From the NCBI GenBank assembly GCA_013265495.1, contig MU058198.1, positions 7,455,779-7,519,778 of the forward strand: DNA of 64,000 bases, given 5' to 3'. Under the pieces are notes generated by a model. It was given only the letters and a program-made list of their open reading frames with translations, had not been told where the DNA came from and did not search any database. This stretch comes from Vicugna vicugna. Its lineage: Eukaryota. Made by a program: the position numbers and the translations under genes. Positions 17,017-30,266 of this stretch are shown piece after piece (the stretch's first letter is position 1; each line of letters begins with the position of its first letter).

Positions 17017-17172
17017 AGATGCGGTCCGTCTCTGAGAGGAGTGCTGCGCCTGGAAGCCGGTCGGGGTCAGCCAATCCTCTGTGAGCACTGCCCTGTTTCC
17101 CAGGAGTCACCTTCACGTGGGCTCCTTAGTAATGCAAGTGACTGCATCACCTTCCCAAACATCTCTCCATAT
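16560..17172 (-). pseudogene. Decayed C2H2 zinc-finger exon (relic 1)
   Basis: Minus translation TLRF-TQPDY-H-CP-G-PRT-L; RPDAIPRRGQSF-SKRAH-C-RQ-P; SL-RLQSD-L-VQ-L-LRT-L. Keeps F-x5-L-x2-H-x3-H spacing, with several ligand codons one base from Cys/His; frameshifts and stops present. Confidence 0.6.
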
Positions 17173-19265
17173 CTAGAGGAGCTAAAAACTCGTGAGTTCC
17201 CACGCTTAATAAAGTAAGCATCGAACCATTTTCTCAAGCTGGAGCCCAAGAAAGTGCGATAAAGATCCCAGAATTTGAGTAGGAACATCAAGCACTGATG
17301 CTGCAGGAAGAGAGTAAACTCTCCATAAATCTTGGTTTGCAATTAGGCCGCCCAGTGCTGGGAAAATCTACTTTAGGGGCTGGTCAGGTCCCTCCATACA
17401 GGATGTTTGACCCCTTACAAACCCTTGTAGCCCTCCCTCAGTGGCTGTAATACCCTGGGCCCTTGGGATGGGCAGGCCAGAGGTCCTCCTGGACCAATGC
17501 TGACCTTGGTTGGCCTCTGAAGGTGAGCAGATACTGGCCTCAATGACAAAGGTACCTTTTCAGCCAGAATGAAGGCTGCTGTCTAACTGGTCACAGGGTT
17601 CAGTGGGGCATTTGAGGTTGACCACTCTCTTTAAAACTTCCCTTGGGTCCTGTAGTGCTACACTCCACTGGTTTTCCTCATATTATCTTCTGCTGGCCCT
17701 TTTTCTGCATCCACAAGCTTGATCGTCTCCTTTCTACTTCAGCTCTCTCCTTGGGTGTGTTTACCCAGGACCATGGCTACAGCTAGGATAATAAGGCCCA
17801 ACTCCTCCAGCACCACTTCTCTTTCTTGCGCTCCAGACCTGGTAAATAACCACCATTCATGGCTGGAGGTTAGGATCATGCCACTCTGCTTAAAAATCCC
17901 CCGATGGTGCCCTTTCCCCCAAGTTACTCAAACAAGATGCTCCACACTCTAGCCTGTGCTCTCTACCTTATCTCAATTCCTATCCCTCATTGCTCTAAGC
18001 CTACACCTAATTTATGCACCCTCTATCCCCCACTCCACCCTGGCCCCTACATACACTGTTTCCTGCTCCTGCAGCCTTCACCGTCAGATGACTTCCTCAG
18101 TTAGTTTCCCGACCCACTGCAGGCATCACATCTGGGTCCACAGCCCCTTCTGGTAAGTATGTACCAATGTGCTCCAGTGCTTATTCTTCCCCTGTAGCCC
18201 CCTCACTTTACTGATGACTCCTGTGCTGACGTCCCTCAGTGTCCCCAGGGCTGGAAACACAGGGAAGAGAGAACAGCCTTCCATACTCACCTCTATGTGA
18301 AAGGCAAGTCCCTCTTCTCTTCCCCACTTCTCCACCCCTTGCTTTCCAGATGGGGAAGGGGAAGGAGAGACAGTTGAGCCTGCCCTGGGAGCCTGGATCA
18401 GACAGGTAAAGGGAAGGTGGGGAGACAGCTTCCTGGCTGGGGCAGAAGGCCCCCAGCAGACTGAGGCAGAGGCAGGCAACAGGTTAGAGCAGGTGTTGAT
18501 CTCAAGCAGCCACTTAGAGGCCACAGCCAGATCTCGGCCCAAGAGATAGTGCTGAGGCAAGCCTGCATTGAGGATTCAGTGGAGCAACCCCGTCTGGCCC
18601 AGACAGTGAGGAGCCCAGGCCAGGCCCAGGCAGGCCCAGCGATGGGGGAGGACAGGCTTGGTCGGGTACAGAGCTTGCTCCTGGCCATTCTGGTTTCCCT
18701 CACCACCTTGCAGTAGATCTTAGGCAAATGGCTGCCCTTCTCTTAGCCTCACTCCCTCACACACTGGGGGCTCATGGGCTACATCCTGAGTGAGAACACA
18801 AGCCAGGTGTCCACCCACCTCTCCTCAGGGCCTAGGAGGCTCTGTTCTAAAGGAATGGTTAGGCCAGGTCCAGGGCCCAGGTGAACCAGGGGAAGTGGCC
18901 GCTAGCTTCTGGAGCTAGATCTTAGGCACTTTCCCTTGTGGCAGTCTGGGGAGGTGCAGGTGTTGAGGCACTAAGCCAGCCAGTGCCAGTCACCAGGCAG
19001 CCACCCAGAAGTAGGCACGTAATGCTGCTTGGCTCTGCCACCTGAGCACGTTTCTCCCTCTATCTCCCATGAGTACAGATTTTAAAATTCCATAAACCCT
19101 CAGGCTCCCACCAGCATCTGGGCACCTGGGGAAAGGGCTCCAAGTGTGGCCTCAGGCTGGGCTGTGCCTTTGAGGTGACACCTGGACGCTGCCCTGGGAG
19201 CGGACAGGCACTCTCAGCTTGCTTAAGGCTTGAAAGACAGAAAACACTTGGGAAATCTTATTCCC

Positions 19266-19271
19266 TTTATT
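19266..19271 (-). terminator. Probable distal polyadenylation signal of ZNF629 (3'UTR about 3.3 kb)
   Basis: TTTATT on plus = AATAAA on minus; a second candidate at 21332-21337. Confidence 0.55.
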
Positions 19272-22200
19272 CTCTTTAACTAATCAACATGACCACCGGT
19301 GACACAACACTGTTATTGACACACAACACTCAAAAGTGGGGCCTCTCTTCACTCCAGGGGGACAAGTCAGGTGAGTGGGGCTTCCCGAATGGGAGCAAAG
19401 AAGTCTGGGGGCTGCTCACCTCAGGGGCGAATGTCATGGGACCCCACCTCTTGTGGTGATGATTTCAAGTTTCCTCACCATTCAGGATTCATGCCCAGTT
19501 CTCTCGAGCTCTCATCTGACCTCCATATCCATAGCAGTTTCAAGTTTCACCCTAAGCTCAGATCAGTTTCTATTCTCCCCTCTGCTTTCACCAGTGACAC
19601 TGTGACCCTGTCTGTTGGGCTTCTCCACTGGGCACTTCTGAAGAGTTAGGCCTGCATGGACTTGGACAAGGGGGTTTGGCTACACTCTGCTTTCAAGACT
19701 CAGTTCCTGTGGGAAAGCGCCATGACCCCTGGGCCTTGGCCTGAGCTGGTCAAAGGGACTCTGGACACTGCCAGGTCTCCCACCTGCTCCCTGCTTAGTT
19801 CCTCCCAAGATGTAGCTCACTCTAGGAGGGAAGCAACTGGCTAAAGGAGTTCGGGGAGGTGGGCAACAGAGAACACGTCACACCCCCAGAGGTCTCCGAC
19901 TCTGCCCCTTTCCTTCCTATGAATCCCCAGACCCCAACTAATTGTGTCCACATTATCCATTCAGTACCGGAGCCAAGGCCCCTTGCCCTCACCCATCCCT
20001 ACAACATGCGGGCATCCTACTACGTATGCTACACTCTAGTCCTCAATAGGCCTATGGTCGGCCTTTGATCACAGTGACCACCTCCCCCCGGACTGGCCCC
20101 CGAGTCCCAAAGGCTGCTCTCTAGGACTCTTCTGGAAACAGATTCCTCAGACCTGTTTCCAAGGGGGTCTGTTTCTAGCTGTACAAGGGCTTTGTCTCTA
20201 CAACTGAAGTTTCTGCTATCGTGGAGGGGAAAAACCTGCTTAGAGAATGATCTCTTCTTCTGTCTCGGAAGGACCCCCTCCTTGGTTGACGCTGTCAGTA
20301 GAGGCAGGCAGGCTCCTTCTCCCCTCTCAGCGGTGCTTTCCAACCTGGCACTTGGGTGGGGTGGGGCTTTATGCTGATGTTAACAAGGGTCTCCCCACAG
20401 TCATCCAAGGCCTGACCTTTCCTTCTCCCCAGCAGGCCTAGGTTTTCCCTCCTACAGTGTTCTAGATTTTGATCTTTGAATTTGAGGGTCATCCCTCTGG
20501 GGACAGGATAGATGAAGGGCGAAGGACTTTTACCTTTTGAACTTTTAGGTAATGGAATTAGAGGTCTCTTCCACAGGTTTGTAGGAAGCTGGGCACTCGC
20601 TCCAGGGATGCAGCTCCCGAAGGGCCACCTCACCTGGCATCTCAGTTCTCTTACTCCAAGACCAGAGTGTATTCCTGGGGCCAGCGTGGGTTCAGTGGGC
20701 ACTTCCTTTGAACCCAGTACTGGATGGAGTCCTCTCCTTTAAGGGTCTCCAGGGTTAGGTGGGGTTCTTGTTACAGATGTTTCAAGAGTTTTCTCTCTTT
20801 AACCATCTTACAGGACAACAGTCTTCCCCCTGCCGCACACACTCCCAGTCACGTGAGCAGGCTTGGCTGGGTTAATGAAAGTACGTCACTGTGTGTGGTG
20901 TGAAGACAGGGGCCAGTCCTGGCCAGGGAGTGTTTCTCATCTTTCTGTTTCCCTCTAAAGGTTTCTGGCTAAGGAGAGGAGCCAAGTGGGTGGAATATGT
21001 CCCTTTCCAAGACCACAGTCGAACTGGGTTGTTACAGCCTCAGAGGGCTCAGGGTACCAGGGTGAGAAAGGTGGTCAGGCCTCCATATACTCTTCAGAGA
21101 CTCATGGTCCAGTCTGTTGGGTGTTTGGACACCCATCACTGCGTATAGGCTGGCTCATCCTGCCAGCAGCCTTGCTGACAGCTCAGATGAAGTGAGGTTG
21201 TTGGCTAATCAGAGCTCATTATTCTGTTGACTTGCTGTCCGTTGTAGCCAGAGAGAATCCACACGTGGCTCTCTTGACTTAGAAGTCTAGGGAGTATTTA
21301 ACCACACACAGGCCTTGAGTCTCTGAAGGACTTTATTCTTTGGAGGTCGACTAGCAGCGGTTCTCCCTCTCCGACTTGAGGACAGAATTTGAGGAAATGG
21401 GCTGCCACTGCAGGAAGACTGGTGGCAGTTAGATTTCAGGAGAAACCTCCTGACAGTGAGACCTGAGAATGTGCAGGAGGGACCCTCCATTCCTGGAGGC
21501 CTCTCAGAGTAGACCTCCCCAGCTGGGCTGGGGAGAAGGGAAGTCCTGCCTGGTGGGGGGTCGGGGAGAACCCTGGTGGCCTGAGCTGGGATCTGCTTGT
21601 ACTTGCAGTTTAACAAGCTACAGGGAGGACTGGGCAGCCTGGAGTTTGCTGGCTTCCATCTGAACAGCTTCTCCACCTTGGTTTGCTTTCCTCAAAGCAC
21701 TCTAACAAATCCCCCCACTCTTCCCTCCGAATTTCTGTGGTGGTTTCCTACTTTTCTTACACTTAAGGCTTGTATGCATCCCAAACTTTAGCCTTTAAAA
21801 AGGTTTAGCATTTTTTTCTTTCCCCATTTTTGGGTTCTTTCTGATCCGGAATTCCACGGGCCTCTTCCTCTAACACACATAATCGTCTAAGTCTGCCCTC
21901 CGACCACAAGAAGCCCCCAGTGCCAAGAGCTGGACTTTCTCTTAGTTCCTGGGTCATTTCTCTTCTGTGGGTCTGAGGGCTCCTCATCACTTATTTTATT
22001 CTCTTTGTTTTCTTCCTTTTCCCATTCCACCTAATTCCCACACTCCTCCCCAGCTGAGCATTTTCCTCAGTGTAACTGTCCAGGGTTCTGGGACACAGGC
22101 TCCCTCCCACACTCCAGGGGGAGAGAATGCTGTGGAGCAAGTTCGTGGGAGGTTCTTCTATACCTTCTAAGGGTCACTCCTCCCTAGTCAATGCTGTTGT

Positions 22201-22602
22201 CCTATTCCCTGCACTTCCCTGACCCTTTAGTTTCACAAGGATTTCAATACAGTTTTATAGGGTTGTCTAGAGACATATTGGGACCTCTTCCTACAATTAA
22301 TAGGGCTTTTATCCACTATGGTTTATAGGGTTTTTCTGCTACAGACTTAAAGGGCTTTTTTTTTTCCTACATATTTATAGGGTTTCTAACCCAACAGTTT
22401 TTCTCTACTACCTTATAAGAAGTGGTTCCCACCAACAATTTTAAAGGGTTTCTCATCACGGATGTAAAAGCGCTATTTTTACCCACAGTTCTTTATCCTC
22501 TTCTCTACAATCTGATAGGGTTTTCCTCCTTTCCCCACAGAATTTTTGGGGCGGTCCAGTGTTCCTCTCGGGAGAGAGAGGCCCCTGGTCTCCAGACCCA
22601 TT

Positions 22603-25364
<2,762 letters not shown>

Positions 25365-27399
25365 CCCAGAGCTCAGGATTGCCAGATGTTCAGGGACCTT
25401 GGGGGAGGAGAGAGACAGCACACAATAAGAGCTGACATCCTGCTTTCCTTTATTCCCCCAGCCCCACTCCTCCATCTGCGTGCCCCCCAGCCCTCATTCC
25501 TCCTTGCATGAACTTCAGTCTCCTACCTCCCCATTTTTCTGGGCATTCATTCTCACTGCGGCCCCCCTCCCCCTGGAGGCCTGATTCCTGCTCCAGATCT
25601 TAAGATCACAACTAAGCAAGTAGGTGAATTTAAGAGTGTAATTAAAAGCTCATCACTCATAACCCTTTGAACCCAGACTGGGGGCTGGAGAGGTGTCTGA
25701 CACCCACAAGGGGAAAGAGGCTCTCACCCCACCCCTCTGATGCCCAGAGGCTGGGAAGCCTGTTATTTTGCTAATCAGAGGAAGCTCATTAAGACTCTAA
25801 TTTTCCTCGTTAATGGGGCTGCTAATTGGGACCAATAAACTTTCCTTGTGAACAGAGAACTGAGACTGCCTGGAACACTTAAGGAGTTCAAAAAAAAAAA
25901 AGTAACCGCTCCGATTTCCCCGAGGGGACAGAGCCCTCCAAAAGACTGGGGCACTTTCCCGTTACCCAAGCACAGAAAGAAGGTCAGAAGTTGGGCGGAG
26001 GCAGTTTAAAGCTGTCAGGGGCTTCTGCAGAAACTACCTTGAGAGGAAAATGGAAAGGAAAAGAGAGAAGGGCTAAGTGTATGGAGACCACCTGGCAGCT
26101 GACGCAGTGCCTGCTGTGCTGTCCTCAGCAGCTCATCCAGTCCTCCCCACAATCCTGTGAGGTAGACCCAGGAATCAGGACGTCCATTGTACAGATTAGG
26201 GAATCAATGCCCAGGGAGATTTCTCCAAGGTCAAAGGCTAGGAGGTGGCAGAGTTAAGACCAGAAACACAAGGTTCTATGTCTGGCTTGTCCTAGCCTCT
26301 GAGAGAGAGAAAGAGAGCAATGACCTTGAGAGTCATGTGAAACCCATAAACGTGGGCAGCTGGGGAAAGCTCAGAGCCTGTTGGCCATGGGAATGGGAGG
26401 GAGAAATGCTTGGGACTAAGAGGTTGCCCTGGCTGTAAAAGGAGGCACTGGATCCTGACATTCTGCTTCTGTGAACTCGAAACAGAGAACTCCCCACTGG
26501 AGCCTTCCATTATCACTCCCATCCTGGTACCCCTTCTTCTAGCCCAGTTTTTGTTGCTGCCATATCCCATCCCTAACACATAATAAGTGCAAAGTAAATT
26601 TTGAATGAAAGATGAATGAATGAGATGCCGCTTGCTCTTAGAAAACCTGTTTGGTCCAATGCCTTTAAAGAGGGTGGCAGCAAAGGAGCAGCAGTTTAAA
26701 GTAAAACATAGCCAGCTGTCACTCCAAAAAGGGTGATATGATTCCAGGATGAGGGAACAGGGCCACAGGGGCTAAGTGCTAAGAGGAGAACTTCCCACAA
26801 CGTTTAGACCCTTAAGAGAGTCCCTGGGGAGGGTGTGGGCTTTGGGTGGCCAGGTGGGATGGACACTGTGTGTATGGGGGCAGTGGTGCAAGGAGACGCA
26901 TGAGGAGGCAGCTAGGTGGAAATCAAAGTGAAGCGGGAGCTAGCTGAACCCGGCCAAATAGCAAGGAGGAGAGATGGGAGTTAGATTTTAGGAAGTAAAT
27001 GAATTTCTTCATTTGCCGCAGCTCCCTAAGCTATGAGAATTCCCCACCCCCATCTGCAAGTGTCTTTGGGGAGGTGGAAGCCCGGACCTCCTCCCAGCTG
27101 GGGGGGTGCTTGACTCTTTAGAAGAGCCTTGCTGGGTTTGCTGAGGACAGGTAAGGGCTTAGGTACCTTTGATCATCTGGAGAAATTCAAACTCAGCAGT
27201 CGAGAGTAGAAGGGAAGGGGTTAATGAAGAAGCCAACACGCAATATGAAAGTGGGGAGACCCAGGGAAGCAAGAAGTGCTTGGGCCTGCACCGGCCTCGG
27301 ACCTCATGCCAGCCCCACTGCGGAGGGAGGGAGGGAAGAAGAGGAGGAGGCTGCCTCACAGAGAGGTGTGGAGATCGGCCCAGGGTGACCCTGACATGG

Positions 27400-28050
27400 A
27401 GGCGACTGCGGGAATGCAGCCACCCTAGCCCTGGCCCCCCGACACCCGCACCAGGCCAGACCCTGGACTTCTGCTCCAGCCAGTCCCCACGACCCTCCTT
27501 CCGGCTCCCAACCCAGTGCCCGGCATCCTCCCCTCCCCCACCCCCCCGGGGCCCCCAGGATTCCCGGCTCTCCCGCGGCGCCCCAGCCCCCCGGCCGAAT
27601 TCCCTCTTCCCAGAATGCTCACGCCCTCCCCTCCCCCACAGCCAGACCCTCGCGCTCTTCCCAGAATCCTCGGCCCTCGCGGCCCCTGCCCGGCCCCCAC
27701 CCCTACCCCGGGCGGCCCGCGGGCGGGGGAGGGGGCTCAGGCCCGGCCCGGCCCCCGCCTCCCGCGCCCCATTGTTCCCCGGCGGCCGTCCCGGGCGCCC
27801 CAGGCCACCCCCCGGGAACCCAGGCGTCCCCAACTCACGGCTCTGGGGTCTGGGAAAGGCCGGAAGGCAGAATCCAGCCCCAAGGGACTTAACCCCTTGA
27901 ATGCCCGGCCTCGGGGGGCGGGCGAGATGCCGAGGACTCTGGGGTCCTTCTCAAGGGGTGATCCCAGGCTGAGGACCCGGGGACCAGTTCAGGGTGACTG
28001 GGACGGAGCAGGAAGTGACCCCAGCTTCCCGGGCCCCTCTAGCCTGGAGT
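27400..28050 (-). promoter_or_regulatory. CpG island / promoter and non-coding first exon of ZNF629
   Basis: Very GC/CpG-rich; GC boxes; candidate minus-strand donor CC|GTGAGT (exon end 27839); exon 2 acceptor before 25397; ETS motif CAGGAAGTG near 28009. Confidence 0.7.
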
Positions 28051-30242
28051 CAGAGCATCAGCTCTATGGGATTTAACCCTTTGCCTCCCACAGCCTGGGA
28101 AAAAAAAGAGGACAGGGTAGCAGAGAGGTGGCTGAGACGACGCCCCTCTCTCCATCTCCAGTGGGAGCAGGTTTTCAGGGGGAACTCATATACCAGTGAG
28201 GGGGTCCGGATTTCTGGCCACCTTCCATCTCACAGGGGCTCCGCCTGCTGCTCCCGGAAAGCCCTATCTCTGATTTGGTGGCTGCTGGTCCCTCAGGGCC
28301 TGCCTTTGTTGGGACTCAGACCCAGGGATGGGGCTTGGACGCCTGGGCTGTGAGGTGGGAGCAGGGCCTGGCAGGGTGGACCTGGAGAGGGAACATCCTA
28401 CAGACTAAAAAATGGCTTAGGTGAAATAAGAAGTCACAGCAGCAAGACTTTGGGCTGAGGGGACCAGCAAAGCCAGGAAGGATTTGTGGTAGCCCATGCG
28501 GCCCCATCCTCACTGGGACATGTGTTCTGGCCCCTCTTCCCCACTTAGCTCCTCTCAGAGAAGGAAACTGAAGCCCCATGGTGGCAGGAGGGAGGAGGTA
28601 AGAACCTTTTCCAGGAGCTCCAGGGGAGTCCAGCTCAGAACCGGAGAAACCTTCAAAATCCTGGAAACACTAGTGACCTCCTGAGGCCCAGGTTATCTGG
28701 GCTCCCAGTTTTTATAGCCTTTATCTCTTTTCCTCCTCACTACAATCTATGAGTGATTTATCCCCATTTTACAGAGAGGAAACTAAGGTGTGAGAAGTAA
28801 GGTAACATGCTTAATTAAGGCCATGCCATTATTTCAGTTTAACACATTTGTGTACAGAAATGTATTATTTCTGGCACTGTGGGGAACATAAAGGTGGGAG
28901 GGGTCAGAGGTGAGCGGAAAAACAGGCTTTCTACCCTCAGGAACTCAAGAGGTTTGATTGTGTGTGTGTGAGATAAACACAAAGACATTACAGGAGAGTG
29001 TGAAAAGGACTATCCATCCTGAGATGGGAGGGAGGGAGGGGAGGAACAAACTGTCAGAAATTGTGAAAGGGGATGCAGCTGCTCTGGGCCTACATCTGGG
29101 GTTGAGAGAGAGTGGCCACCAGGAGAAGAGGCCCCACTGGGCCCCACTTCTGCTCACTTATCAGCACTGTCTCCTTCACCACCTTGGCTAGCTGCGTCTC
29201 TCCATCTTATCCCTGGCTTCCATCACCTTCGACCCCTCCCTCTCACCTCAGGGCCTTTGCTCCTCCTGGTCCCCCTTCCTCTGCTCTATTTATCACAGCA
29301 TGTATCACCCCTGATACCTCCTGCCCCTCCTGCACACACAGGCCATGAGGTCAGCACCGCTGGGGCAGGGGCTTGGCCTCTTGTGATCACTGCTGCCTCT
29401 GCAGTGCCCAGAGCAGTGACTGGCGTGTAGTAGGTGCCCAGTGCATGGAATGAAGTCATCTCCTGCCTCTTCCATCTGTTTCTGGATTCATCCCCGGGCT
29501 GGACAGACAGGGCAGAGTTGGGCAGAGCCTCCAGTGCCGGGCTCTGGCTGCACAATCACATTTGTCCGTGGACATCCCCACTCTCCCACCCCTCACCCTG
29601 AGAGACAGGTGAGAAGGAGGCCGACTTGGGGATCCAAGAGATTTGCAGGCAGCTCCCCTGCAGGCCCTCAAGGCTCTCTCCTGCCCTCCAAGGGCTGCAA
29701 AAACCTGACCTGCAGGCTCACAGAGGAGTTTAATTTGGCCTACAATTAAACTTCATATAAAACTCCAAATTTTGGAATATCCAAAGATGTGGCAGCATCA
29801 CCCAAATTTTCCCATGGCAACAACTGCCTGGTCAGTAGTTTCCTTCCTTAGAGGGGGCGCTGGTTTTCCAGTTTGTCACAGTCCCTGTCATTCCTATTGT
29901 GTCCCCGTCATTCCTATTGTGTCCCCAGCCATGAGGCTCAGAGGTGGTTTCAGTATATTAATCATCTTTCACTGTTGATGCTCCAACACGCATTCAACTG
30001 GAGCTATTAATTCTGTACCCCTTGGTCTGTGTCCCCCAGATTCAGAGTAACAAATAGGAGGATGATGTCCACTAGTGTTCCATTTATTATTTACTACGTG
30101 CCAGGCACTGTTTCAAGGGTTTACATGTAGTAACTCCATGAACCTTCACAACAACCCATGAAACCAGTATTATTACTATTTGAGGACCCAGGCTTGCTGC
30201 CTTTAGAGCCACCATGGCTCTTAACCATGACTCACTCAGATT

Positions 30243-30266
30243 GTGTGTGTGTGTGTGTGTGTGTGT
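30243..30266. repeat. (TG)n microsatellite
   Basis: Uninterrupted TG run. Confidence 0.9.

Noticed and set aside
27159..28076. Overlapping 186-243-aa Pro/Arg/Gly-rich ORFs
   Set aside because: Expected by chance in the ZNF629 CpG island; no finger relics or domain seen.
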